From assembly GCA_963676565.1 (NCBI GenBank), contig OY781089.1, forward strand, positions 2,208,001 through 2,272,000: 64,000 bases of DNA, written 5' to 3'. This document shows, piece by piece, positions 10,571 to 20,604 of this stretch; the first letter of the stretch is position 1, and every line of letters begins with the position of its first letter. The translations under genes were made by a program, and so were the position numbers. Origin of the DNA: Halarcobacter sp. Lineage in GTDB: Bacteria; Campylobacterota; Campylobacteria; Campylobacterales; Arcobacteraceae. The notes beneath the pieces were generated by a model. The model made no database searches and was not told the origin of the DNA. It saw only the letters and a list, made by a program, of their open reading frames with translations.

Positions 10571-11206
10571 TTAAAAAGTAACCATTTGAGATAGTTTTAT
10601 ACACTCTTCAACTGATGTAACAGGGCTTATCTTAAAATTGACATAATTTGGTAAATGTTTTGAAGTGGTTTTGCCTATAACAATTGCTTTAAAACTCTTA
10701 TCCCAAGAATAGTTTTTAAAAAAACATTTAACAGATGAAGGGGAAGTAAATATTATAGTTGAGTCTTTTTCAATATCTACTTTTAACTTATCATTACAAA
10801 TAGTTTTATAGGTGATTAATTCATCTACAGATATATTAGATTCTTTTAATATATTTATTAAATTTGAAGCAACTTTTTTTGCTCTTACATATAGAACTTT
10901 TTTGTTTTTTATTTTATCCATTAATTCTTTTGCAAAATCATCACCATGGCCACTAGAACTTGTATACTCTACTCGTCCACCATTTTTTAATATTACATCA
11001 GCAGTTTTTTTAGCAATTGCATAACATGGAATATTTTTCCAATCTTTATTAAAACTAGATAAGGAATAAATTGCATTTTTTGAAGTGATAATTAAGGCAT
11101 CATATTTCTTTAAATCTAAACTAGATGGGATATATTCAATTTTAAATACTTCTAAATTTATAACTCCATCAAACTTTTGATTATTTAAAAGATATGTTTT
11201 AGCCAT
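10571..11206 (-). CDS. hemD: Uroporphyrinogen-III synthase
   Basis: YDALIITSKNA, AIAKKTA, FTSPSSV, IGKTT motifs. Confidence 0.9.
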   Translation of the reverse strand: MAKTYLLNNQKFDGVINLEVFKIEYIPSSLDLKKYDALIITSKNAIYSLSSFNKDWKNIPCYAIAKKTADVILKNGGRVEYTSSSGHGDDFAKELMDKIKNKKVLYVRAKKVASNLINILKESNISVDELITYKTICNDKLKVDIEKDSTIIFTSPSSVKCFFKNYSWDKSFKAIVIGKTTSKHLPNYVNFKISPVTSVEECIKLSQMVTF

Positions 11207-12788
11207 TTACAATCTGTCTATGTTGTACATAATTTATAGCATCATCAATATTAGTAAATATTTTTATTTTTTTAAATACATTTTCTTCATCTAATTGCAT
11301 TATAGTTTTTCTATGTCTATATTTTGAGATAAAAATTACATTCATTCCTCTTTTATTCAATTTGTCAACTATATTTTCTAAAATAAAGATTGCAGATAAA
11401 TCCAATGAAAATGCATTTTTAAAGTCAATTATAATTGTTTTAATATTATCATCAATTTTATCAATTCTTTCATCTAATATTGATGCTGTGCCAAAAAATA
11501 ATTCACCATTTATCTTAATAGTATGAATGGCATTATTATCAATATCAATGTCAAAAGATGATTGTTTTATATTTCTGACAGTTTTTATTTGAGTACCTTT
11601 TGATACCTTATAGATTGCCATTATTGAAGCAATTGTTATACCCACACCAACAGCCATTATTAAATCTACAAAGATAGTTAAAAGTAATACAGTAACCATT
11701 ACTAACAAATCTCTTTTATTTACTTTTCTTATAATCTTAATGAACTTATAATCTAAGATATCAAAACCAACTTTTATTAAGATACCAGAAAGCACAGCTA
11801 ATGGTATTTGTGATGCTAATGGAGCTAGAAATAAAACAATAAGAAGTAGTGTTAAAGAATGTACCATTCCAGAAATTTTTGTAGTACCACCGCTGTTTAT
11901 ATTTATAACTGTTCTCATTGTTGCTCCCGCACCAGGAATCGCTCCAAAGAGTGAACATATAGAATTTCCTATACCTTGGCCAATTAATTCTTGATTTGGT
12001 CTATGTTTTGTCTTTGTCATATTATCTGCAACTAAAGAAGTTAATAATGAATCAATAGAACCTAATAAAGCTAAGGTGATTGAGAGTGTGATAATCTCTT
12101 TTAAATTTACAAAACTAAAATTTATAGGTAATGTAAGTTCTGGCAAACCAGTAGGAATCTCGCCAATTTTAGGTACATTTAAATTTAAATAAAAAGACAA
12201 ATATGTTACTGCAACAAGTGCAATTAGTGCGGGAGGAACTATTTGTTTAACTCTTTTAGGCGTTAAAAACATTATTCCTAATGTAATAGAAGCAATTATC
12301 AGAGCATCTTTATTGGTTTGAGATATTGAATCCATGAAATTTAACACAGTTAATAATATTGAAGGTTGTGAATCTACTCCTAAAAATGGATTTAATTGTA
12401 AGATTATAATAATAATACCCACCCCACTCATGAAACCTGAGATAACAGGGTAAGGGATAAATTGAATCCATTTACCAATCTTTATAACTGCAAATGAGAT
12501 TTGAATTAATCCAGAAAGAAAGATTATTGTCATAACAGTATTAATATCACCTGGAAATGCCGCGATTGCAGTAGCTGTTACAACTGTCATTGGACCAGTT
12601 GGTCCTGATATTTGTGTTGAAGTACCACCAAAAAGTGCAGCAAAAAAGCCTAAGATGATAGCACCATATATCCCTGCAATTGCTCCTGCACCACTTGCAA
12701 CACCAAAGGCTAAAGCTAAAGGTAATGCTACAACAGCTGCTGTAACTCCACCAAGTACATCATTTTTTAGATTGTTAACGCTAATCAT
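11199..12788 (-). CDS. SulP/SLC26 inorganic anion transporter with STAS domain (BicA-like)
   Basis: ALPLALAFG, QISGPTGPM, ELIGQGIGN, GAGATMRT, C-terminal STAS (ELFFG). Confidence 0.92.
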   Translation of the reverse strand: MISVNNLKNDVLGGVTAAVVALPLALAFGVASGAGAIAGIYGAIILGFFAALFGGTSTQISGPTGPMTVVTATAIAAFPGDINTVMTIIFLSGLIQISFAVIKIGKWIQFIPYPVISGFMSGVGIIIIILQLNPFLGVDSQPSILLTVLNFMDSISQTNKDALIIASITLGIMFLTPKRVKQIVPPALIALVAVTYLSFYLNLNVPKIGEIPTGLPELTLPINFSFVNLKEIITLSITLALLGSIDSLLTSLVADNMTKTKHRPNQELIGQGIGNSICSLFGAIPGAGATMRTVININSGGTTKISGMVHSLTLLLIVLFLAPLASQIPLAVLSGILIKVGFDILDYKFIKIIRKVNKRDLLVMVTVLLLTIFVDLIMAVGVGITIASIMAIYKVSKGTQIKTVRNIKQSSFDIDIDNNAIHTIKINGELFFGTASILDERIDKIDDNIKTIIIDFKNAFSLDLSAIFILENIVDKLNKRGMNVIFISKYRHRKTIMQLDEENVFKKIKIFTNIDDAINYVQHRQIVNG

Positions 12789-12813
12789 CTAAAACTCTCC
12801 CACATATGAGTTT

Positions 12814-14247
12814 TTAAAAGTCTTCTAATTCTTCCTCATTCTCTTCTCTTTGTCCTTTTCCTCTTGCTACAAGATGAATAGGTGTTCCTTCAAAGTTTAT
12901 ATTGTCCCTTAAGAAGTTAATTAAATATCTTTTGTAAGAAAAGTGTAAAAGTTTAGGTTTATTCATAATAAGTGCAATTCTTGGAGGTTTTGTCTCAAAT
13001 TGTGTAGAATAATAAATTCTAAGATAGTTACCTGCTGGACTTGGAAGAGCATGTCTAATTACGGCAGTTTCAATTGCTTTATTTAGTACTGAGGTAGAAA
13101 TTCTTTGACTATAATTTTCATAAATTTCAACTAATTTATCTTTTAATCTATCTATACCTCTACCAGTTTTTGCCGAAACTGCAATAATAGGTGCATAATA
13201 TAAAAATTTAAATTTTCTTCGCACTTTTTCTTCAAATTCTTTAAAATCTTCTCTATTCTCATCCCATTTATTTAAAACAATAATAGTACCTAAACCATAT
13301 TCATCTACTAATCCAGCAATTTTTTCATCTAAATCATATAACTCTTCAGATGCATCTAAAACAACTAAAGCAAGATTTGCAACCTCAAGCATCTCTTTTG
13401 TTCTCATTAATGCGAATTTTTCAATTCCTTCAATTTTGCCCCTTCTTCTTAAACCTGCAGTGTCAACAAAAGTAATATTTTTGTCTTTATATTCAAAAGA
13501 TTCATCAACAGGGTCAATAGTTGTTCCTGCAATTGGAGAAACAACTGATCTTTCTGCTCCAACAAGTGCATTCAAAATTGATGATTTCCCAACATTTGTT
13601 CTACCTATAATAGCAACTCTAATCTCACCATCATCTTGGAAGTCTGCTGACTCATTTATATCTTCAACAGGATCTAAAAACTCTTCTAAATAGTCATCAT
13701 CATCTACTTCATAGTTGATAATTTCCTCTTCAACTCTTGGAGGTAATTTTTCCCAAATCCATTCAAATAAAGATTTTGTACCTCTATTGTGTGAAACAGA
13801 AATACCAAAAAGATTTTCTTCGTCAATTCCAAACTCAAAGAAAGCCCAAAGTCTTTCATCTTTTTCTTTATCATTATCTATTTTATTTACCACTAAAGCT
13901 AATTTTTTACCTAGAGTTTGAAGCTCATAAAATAATTCTTTATCCTTTTCATCTGGTATCTTTTTACCATCGACCATAAAAAGTATTATATCAGCCTCTT
14001 TAGCACACTCTACTGCTTTTCTTTTTACATTTGAGAAGATTGCATCATCCGTATCATCAATTCCACCTGTGTCAAGCATAAGTGCATCTCTATCAAGGAT
14101 CTCAACTTCATGTTTTCTAATATCCCTTGTCGTCCCTGCCATATCAGAAACAATTGCAATTCTTTTTTTTGCAATTCTATTAAATAGTGATGATTTTCCA
14201 ACATTAGGTTGTCCAATCAATGCAATTTTTTTCAATTCGTTTGTCAT
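12814..14247 (-). CDS. der: Ribosome biogenesis GTPase Der (EngA)
   Basis: Two G domains (GQPNVGKSS, GRTNVGKSS), DTGG/DTAG, NKID/NKWD. Confidence 0.98.
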   Translation of the reverse strand: MTNELKKIALIGQPNVGKSSLFNRIAKKRIAIVSDMAGTTRDIRKHEVEILDRDALMLDTGGIDDTDDAIFSNVKRKAVECAKEADIILFMVDGKKIPDEKDKELFYELQTLGKKLALVVNKIDNDKEKDERLWAFFEFGIDEENLFGISVSHNRGTKSLFEWIWEKLPPRVEEEIINYEVDDDDYLEEFLDPVEDINESADFQDDGEIRVAIIGRTNVGKSSILNALVGAERSVVSPIAGTTIDPVDESFEYKDKNITFVDTAGLRRRGKIEGIEKFALMRTKEMLEVANLALVVLDASEELYDLDEKIAGLVDEYGLGTIIVLNKWDENREDFKEFEEKVRRKFKFLYYAPIIAVSAKTGRGIDRLKDKLVEIYENYSQRISTSVLNKAIETAVIRHALPSPAGNYLRIYYSTQFETKPPRIALIMNKPKLLHFSYKRYLINFLRDNINFEGTPIHLVARGKGQREENEEELEDF

Positions 14248-14271
14248 TTAAACTTTTTCCTTTAAAATAAA

Positions 14272-14300
14272 AAAGGTATTAGCCTTAAGCTAATACCTTT
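14272..14300 (-). terminator. Intrinsic terminator between hpf and der
   Basis: 12-bp inverted repeat AAAGGTATTAGC/GCTAATACCTTT followed by a U-run on the minus strand. Confidence 0.8.
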
Positions 14301-14320
14301 AAGAAACATCAAATTATATA

Positions 14321-14863
14321 TTAATATAATCCAAATTTTCCTTCGTCTTTTGATTTATATAATACTCTCATATTATCATCTTTGTCAAAGAATACTTTAA
14401 ATTGAGCATCAGAACCTTTTAAATCGTCTAATGCCTCTTGAATATCCATTGGTTTATAAGAAGTAAGTCTTACTGGGAAGATTTCATCTTCAAATTTCTC
14501 TAACTCATTAGCTATTTGATCTTCAATCTCTGCAGCTGTAACTTCTGTTAATTTTGTAGCTTTATGACCCGTGATTTTATCATGGTGTCTTCTTAAAACT
14601 TTTGAAACTCTATCTACAGCGATATCAATTGCTGAATATAAATCTTTATCTTTTTGTTTTACAACAACAGTATCTAAATGTGCGATATTTAACGTAAATT
14701 CAAAAGTAAATGCTTTTCTTCCATTTTTTTCTTCTTGGTCAATAATTGCGTTTACAGATATAATATCTAAATTATATTTTTTGAAAATCTCAATTGAACT
14801 ATTAACATAATCTTTAATAGGTTCGGTTAATTCTATGTGTCTTCCTACAATACTTGTATTCAT
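14321..14863 (-). CDS. hpf: Ribosome hibernation promoting factor (long HPF/RaiA)
   Basis: GRHIELT, DLYSAID, C-terminal KPMDIQEAL domain. Confidence 0.93.
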   Translation of the reverse strand: MNTSIVGRHIELTEPIKDYVNSSIEIFKKYNLDIISVNAIIDQEEKNGRKAFTFEFTLNIAHLDTVVVKQKDKDLYSAIDIAVDRVSKVLRRHHDKITGHKATKLTEVTAAEIEDQIANELEKFEDEIFPVRLTSYKPMDIQEALDDLKGSDAQFKVFFDKDDNMRVLYKSKDEGKFGLY

Positions 14864-15036
14864 AACATACTCCTTTTGCTTATATAGTAATATTATTTTA
14901 ACATAGTAATTATTAATTATAACTACTATTTTGATAAAAGCTTGAAGAATACCAAGAAATTGGCGAAAGTTGTATATTTAAATCATAGATTTTTAATTTT
15001 AGTTGTGAAAATTAATCTTGTAAAATAACAAAAGGC

Positions 15037-17283
15037 TTAAAGAAGTATTTCTCTGTTACCTTTTGCATTGGCTTCACTTAAAACTCCAGTTTGTTCTAAT
15101 TGTTCAACAATTGTTGCAGCTCTGTTGTAACCTATTCTAAGTTTTCTTTGAATATAAGAGATTGAAGTTTTTTTATCTGTTAAAACAACTTCTTTAGCAT
15201 CTTCATATAATTCATCTAAATCACCTAAATCTAATGAATCACCAGAACCTGAAAGGTTAGAACTATCTTTATCTTTTACAAAATTCATATCATATTCAAC
15301 TTCTCTTTGATCTTTTAAGAAATCAACAACACTTTCAATTTCAGTTTCAAGAGACCAAGGAGCATGAAGTCTAACAAGTCCAGACATACCTGGAGGTGTA
15401 AATAACATATCTCCACGACCTAGTAGTGATTCTGCACCCATAGAATCTAAGATGATTTTAGAATCAACTTTTTGCCCTACTTTATAAGATAATCTACTTG
15501 GTAAATTTGCTTTAATAAGACCTGTTACAACATCAACTGATGGTCTTTGAGTAGCAACTATTAAGTGTATACCTGAAGCCCTTGCCATTTGTGCAAGTCT
15601 TGCAATCGAATACTCAACATCTTTACCACTAGTCATCATCAAGTCAGCTAACTCATCAATTACCACAACTATGTAAGGAATAGTATCATAGCCATCTCTT
15701 TTTGCTTTATCATTATAGCTTTCAATGTTTTTTGTTTTTGTTTGAGACATTAAAGTATATCTTCTCTCCATTTCTGAAACCATATTTGACAAAGCGTTAA
15801 TTGCATCAGTTGGCTTTGTTATAACAGGAGTTAACAGATGTGGGATCTCATTATACATTGAAAATTCAAGCATCTTAGGATCTATCATTACAAGTCTTAA
15901 ATTATCTGGTGAGTTTTTGTATAAAAGTGATAAAATCATAGCATTAATACCAACAGATTTACCAGAACCAGTTGTCCCAGCAATTAATAAGTGTGGCAAT
16001 TTTTTAAGATCTGTAACAAAAGGTTTTCCAACAATATCTTTACCTAAAATCATAGTAAGGGGAGATTTTGCATTTTGGTAAATCTCACTTTCAAGTAATT
16101 CTCTAACATAAATAGTTTGCATATCATCATTTGGAACTTCAATACCAACAACATCTTTACCTGGAATTGGCGCTTGAATCCTAATAGTTTGTGCTTTTAA
16201 AGCCATTGCTAAATCATCTTGTAAGTTTAATATTTTAGAAACTTTTACATTTGGTGCAGGTTTAAACTCAAATGTTGTAACAACAGGTCCTGTATATGTT
16301 CTAACTACATCACCTTCAATTTTAAACATTAAAAGTTTTTCAAGTAAATCTTCAATTTTTTTATCAATTTGAGCTTCAGAAATTTTTGACTTTTTATCTT
16401 TTGGTGCTTCCTGAAAAAATTTAGTTGATGGTAATTCAAAATCCTTAGGTTTTTCAGTAACTCCTAATTCTATCTCTTCTTGAAGCTTTTTATTCTCTTC
16501 CAATTCATCAACTATTACTGCATGAGGATGTTCATCCTCAGAAGTTATTTTTATTTCATCAATATTTATCTCATCTTCAAAAAGTGAAGGTTCTTTAAAG
16601 TTAATACTTTCTTGAGTTTCATCAAGTGAAATAATATTTAAATCATCTGTTTTAATTCCTGAAACAGTTTCATCTATCTCTTCAATTACTATTTGAGCGA
16701 CATTACCCTCTTCCCTAATTGATACATTATCTTTTGTAATAGGAGTTGTTTTTACTCTTTTTTCCCTTTTTATACTTTCTAATCTTTTAGGTTTAACAGT
16801 TGTGTTAACTCTATTAAAAGATGGCATTTTTGGGATTATTTTTTTTGGATTTATATTTATTTCAGTATCATCTAATAAAATTAGACATGAGATAATAAAT
16901 GAGATTAAGACAAAGAACCAAAGTCCAGCAAATCCTATAAATGGAAACATTGAATCAATTATATAATTACCAATATCACCACTATAAATCCCTTTTTCCA
17001 TCACTAAAGATTGAAATGTAAGTAAAGAGATTAATAATAAAATTACAGAAGAAACTTTAATTGAAAACTCTTGCCAATCAAAATTCTCTTTAAAATTTAT
17101 TATATATAAAGGATATAATAATAAGAGTAAATAGATATATGACAAAAATCCAAAATATCTATGGGAAAAATTAGAAAATAATGTTCCAACAGTCCCTACA
17201 CTAGTTTTATCTCCAACAAAAGTAGCATATTCAAAATAAACAATAATAAAAAGAAAAATAAGTGATAAGATTTTTTTAACTAT
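15037..17283 (-). CDS. ftsK: DNA translocase FtsK (track start 17145; frame is open to a probable ATA start at 17283)
   Basis: AGTTGSGKS Walker A, IDELADLM, ATQRPSVD, gamma domain (IGYNRAA); N-terminal TM segments. Confidence 0.95.
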   Translation of the reverse strand: MVKKILSLIFLFIIVYFEYATFVGDKTSVGTVGTLFSNFSHRYFGFLSYIYLLLLLYPLYIINFKENFDWQEFSIKVSSVILLLISLLTFQSLVMEKGIYSGDIGNYIIDSMFPFIGFAGLWFFVLISFIISCLILLDDTEININPKKIIPKMPSFNRVNTTVKPKRLESIKREKRVKTTPITKDNVSIREEGNVAQIVIEEIDETVSGIKTDDLNIISLDETQESINFKEPSLFEDEINIDEIKITSEDEHPHAVIVDELEENKKLQEEIELGVTEKPKDFELPSTKFFQEAPKDKKSKISEAQIDKKIEDLLEKLLMFKIEGDVVRTYTGPVVTTFEFKPAPNVKVSKILNLQDDLAMALKAQTIRIQAPIPGKDVVGIEVPNDDMQTIYVRELLESEIYQNAKSPLTMILGKDIVGKPFVTDLKKLPHLLIAGTTGSGKSVGINAMILSLLYKNSPDNLRLVMIDPKMLEFSMYNEIPHLLTPVITKPTDAINALSNMVSEMERRYTLMSQTKTKNIESYNDKAKRDGYDTIPYIVVVIDELADLMMTSGKDVEYSIARLAQMARASGIHLIVATQRPSVDVVTGLIKANLPSRLSYKVGQKVDSKIILDSMGAESLLGRGDMLFTPPGMSGLVRLHAPWSLETEIESVVDFLKDQREVEYDMNFVKDKDSSNLSGSGDSLDLGDLDELYEDAKEVVLTDKKTSISYIQRKLRIGYNRAATIVEQLEQTGVLSEANAKGNREILL

Positions 17284-17293
17284 TTTGAAGCCT

Positions 17294-18241
17294 TTATTTT
17301 AATAACTTTGCAATTTTTCCTTGAAGTCTAAGCCAAGATCTATGTTCCATAATTGGAAAACCTGCCCATTGTTTCTTAGGTTCAGTAATAGATTTTGTAA
17401 CTCCACCACGAGCAGAAATTGTAGTAAAAGGTGCAACTTCTAAGTGTCCAGTTGTAGCACTTTGACCACCCATCACAACATATTCGTTTAATATAGTTGA
17501 GCCAGAAAGACCAACTTGAGTAACCAAAATTGAACCTCTACCCACTTTACAATTGTGTGCAATATGAACTAAATTATCAATTCTTACTCCATCTTCAATA
17601 ATAGTTGATTGGAAAACTGCCCTATCAATTGTACAATTAGCACCTATTTCAACATCATTACCAATAAGAACATTTCCATTTTGGTAAATTTTAATGTATT
17701 TCCCATCTTTTCTATTCGCAAAACCAAATCCATCACTTCCTACAACAGTTCCAGCATGGATTATTGAATCACTACCAACTTTGCAGTCTCTGTAAATTGT
17801 TACATTTGGATAAATAATAGTATTATCTCCAATTGTTACATTATCACCAATAAAAGCACCTGCCATAATAGTACAATTTGATCCAATAATAGAACCTTTT
17901 CCTAAATATGCATTTGGCATTATTGTTGTGTTTTCACCAACAATACAATCTTCACCATTTGTTTCAACTACTTTTGGTGCAAAAAGTTTTGAAATATAAG
18001 CTAAAGATAAATATGGCTCATCACAAACTAAGGCGATTGTATTTTGTGGAACTTTTGAAACAAATTCCTCTTTTACTAAAACCGCAGCTGCTTTTGTTTT
18101 TTCTAAATCATTTACATATTTTTTATTTTCTAAGAAAGTTAATTGGTTTTCATTTGAATCAAGGAGTGTATTTAGACCTAAGATTTCAATATCATTATCA
18201 CATTTTATATTTAAAGTTTCAGCTATTTTATTTAGTTTCAT
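17294..18241 (-). CDS. lpxD: UDP-3-O-(3-hydroxymyristoyl)glucosamine N-acyltransferase
   Basis: Hexapeptide repeats, GSDGFGFA, IDNLVHIAHN. Confidence 0.97.
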   Translation of the reverse strand: MKLNKIAETLNIKCDNDIEILGLNTLLDSNENQLTFLENKKYVNDLEKTKAAAVLVKEEFVSKVPQNTIALVCDEPYLSLAYISKLFAPKVVETNGEDCIVGENTTIMPNAYLGKGSIIGSNCTIMAGAFIGDNVTIGDNTIIYPNVTIYRDCKVGSDSIIHAGTVVGSDGFGFANRKDGKYIKIYQNGNVLIGNDVEIGANCTIDRAVFQSTIIEDGVRIDNLVHIAHNCKVGRGSILVTQVGLSGSTILNEYVVMGGQSATTGHLEVAPFTTISARGGVTKSITEPKKQWAGFPIMEHRSWLRLQGKIAKLLK

Positions 18242-18272
18242 TTAAATCCTTAAAAAAGATAAGAGAAAACTC

Positions 18273-18770
18273 TTATCTTTCCATTGCTACTACACCACTT
18301 TTTACTACTTCAAGTGGTTTAAATTTATTCATAATATTTGTAAAATTTGCAATTCTATGTGGTTCATCAGTTGCAGAAATTACAATAGCTTCATCAGTTA
18401 CATTTTGAATGTGACCGTTATAAGCTCTTGCAATAACTTCAATATCACTTAATGGTTGATCAATTGGTATTTTAATTAATACTGTCTCTTTTTCTATAAC
18501 ATTTTGATGTTCGTTAACTTTTAATACAGGTATTAACTTATTCAATTGCTTAACAATTTGATCAATAACTCTTTTATCTCCAGTTGTAACGATAGTCATT
18601 CTAGAGTATTCACTTCCTGTAATTGGTGCTACAGTCAAAGAATCAATATTATATCCCCTTGCAGAAAATAGTCCAACAATTCTAGATAAAACATTGTGTT
18701 CATTCATCACAATTACTGAGATAACTTGTCTTATTGTAGTTGAGTCATAATAGTGGTTAAAATTATTCAT
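18273..18770 (-). CDS. ilvH: Acetolactate synthase small (regulatory) subunit
   Basis: ACT domain VLSRIVGLFSARGYNIDSL; follows the large subunit. Confidence 0.96.
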   Translation of the reverse strand: MNNFNHYYDSTTIRQVISVIVMNEHNVLSRIVGLFSARGYNIDSLTVAPITGSEYSRMTIVTTGDKRVIDQIVKQLNKLIPVLKVNEHQNVIEKETVLIKIPIDQPLSDIEVIARAYNGHIQNVTDEAIVISATDEPHRIANFTNIMNKFKPLEVVKSGVVAMER

Positions 18771-20457
18771 TGCTATCTCCTATAAGTGTCATTTCATTTA
18801 ATGCATGTCCATTTGGTACCATAGGTAATACAATTTCATCTCTTGCTACTACTACATCAATCATTGCAGGTTTTTTCTTTTCAATTGCATCTTTTAATGC
18901 TTCATCAAATTCTTTTTTAGTTGAAACTCTATATCCAACTCCTCCAAATGATTCTACAAGCATCTTAAAATCTGGTTGTACAGAAAGATCTGTTTCAGAT
19001 ATTCTATTTTCATAAAATAGTGTTTGCCATTGTCTAACCATACCAAGGTAATTGTTGTTTAAAATGATATTTATAACTGGTAAATCATATTCTACACAAG
19101 TCATTAATTCTTGGATATTCATTAAAATTGAACCATCACCAGTGAAGTTAATAGAAACCTTGTCTTTATTTCCTCTAGCAACTCCCATAGCTCCTGGAAG
19201 TCCAAATCCCATTGTTCCTAAACCACCAGAAGTGTTCCATTGTCTTGGATAATTGAATGGATAAAATTGTGCAGTCCACATTTGATGTTGACCAACATCT
19301 GTAGAGATTATTGCTTTATCTCCTAAAACTTCACCAACTCTTTGGATTACCCATTGAGGTTTAATTACAGAATCAGAATCAATAAACCTTAAAGGTTCTT
19401 TTTCTTTATATTCTTTTAGTAGTGCAACCCAATTATCATATTTGTTGAATTCCATTTCTCGTGCTGATTCAATCATACCCTGAACAGTAACTTTCAAATC
19501 ACCTACAATTGGATAATTAGTATGTACTAACTTAGCAATTGAAGCTGGATCAATATCAACATGAATAACCTTTGCTTTTTTAGCAAACTCATCAAGTCTT
19601 CCTGTTACCCTATCATCAAATCTTGCCCCAAGAGATATAATACAATCTGTATCATGGGCTGCCATATTTGCAGCAAACTCGCCATGCATACCTAACATTC
19701 CAATCAGTAAGTCATGTTCACTACCCATAACACCTCTAGCCATTAAAGTTTCAACTACAGGAATATTAGCAAGTTCTGCAAACTCTCTAATCTCATATGA
19801 ACAGTTAGCTAAAATTGCTCCACCACCAACATAAAGTAATGGTTTTTTAGATTTAGCAATTGCGTCCATTGCTTTTTTTAGCTGTCTCTTGTTGTAATTA
19901 ACAGTTGGTTTATAAGTAGGTAAATTAACACTCTTTGGATATTTAAACTCTGCAACTTCAGCTGTGATATCTTTTGGAATATCTACGTGTACAGGCCCCG
20001 GTCTTCCTGTATTTGCTATATGAAATGCCTCTTTAATAATTCTAGGTAAATCTTTAATATCATTAACTAAATAATTGTGCTTAGTACAAGGTCTACTTAT
20101 ACCAACTGCATCAATCTCTTGAAATCCATCAGTACCTATAATTGTAGTAGGAACCTGCCCAGAAATAACAACTAATGGAATTGAATCCATATAAGCATCA
20201 GCTAGACCTGTGACTGCATTGGTAAAACCTGGTCCAGAAGTAACGATTGCAACACCAACTTTTCCAGTTGATTTTGCATACCCTTCTGCAGCATGTATAG
20301 CAGCTTGTTCGTGTCTAGTTAAAATGTGTTGAAAAAAACTCTGTTTGTAAATTTCATCATAGACATTCATAATAGCGCCACCAGGGTAACCAAAAACTAC
20401 ATCTACCCCTTCTTCTTTTAATGATTCTGTAACCATTTTTGCGCCAGTTATTCTCAT
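18763..20457 (-). CDS. ilvI: Acetolactate synthase large subunit (start likely 20457 after AGGAGAG; track start 20472)
   Basis: FGYPGGA, RHEQ, TSGPG, TPP-binding GDGS...NN motif. Confidence 0.97.
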   Translation of the reverse strand: MRITGAKMVTESLKEEGVDVVFGYPGGAIMNVYDEIYKQSFFQHILTRHEQAAIHAAEGYAKSTGKVGVAIVTSGPGFTNAVTGLADAYMDSIPLVVISGQVPTTIIGTDGFQEIDAVGISRPCTKHNYLVNDIKDLPRIIKEAFHIANTGRPGPVHVDIPKDITAEVAEFKYPKSVNLPTYKPTVNYNKRQLKKAMDAIAKSKKPLLYVGGGAILANCSYEIREFAELANIPVVETLMARGVMGSEHDLLIGMLGMHGEFAANMAAHDTDCIISLGARFDDRVTGRLDEFAKKAKVIHVDIDPASIAKLVHTNYPIVGDLKVTVQGMIESAREMEFNKYDNWVALLKEYKEKEPLRFIDSDSVIKPQWVIQRVGEVLGDKAIISTDVGQHQMWTAQFYPFNYPRQWNTSGGLGTMGFGLPGAMGVARGNKDKVSINFTGDGSILMNIQELMTCVEYDLPVINIILNNNYLGMVRQWQTLFYENRISETDLSVQPDFKMLVESFGGVGYRVSTKKEFDEALKDAIEKKKPAMIDVVVARDEIVLPMVPNGHALNEMTLIGDSNE

Positions 20458-20604
20458 TGTCTCTCCTGTCATAAATTAGTCAGATATTCTACAAAAATTA
20501 TTATTAATAGTATCTTTAACACCCTAGATATAAACATTCAAGTTAATATTAAATTAATCTTAAGTTTAGTAAAATGAGTAATAATCTTTAGAAAAGGAGA
20601 TAGT

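Noticed and set aside
14960..14975. TTGGCGAAAGTTGT as a sigma-54 promoter
   Set aside because: GG-to-GC spacing is wrong and it is on the strand opposite hpf
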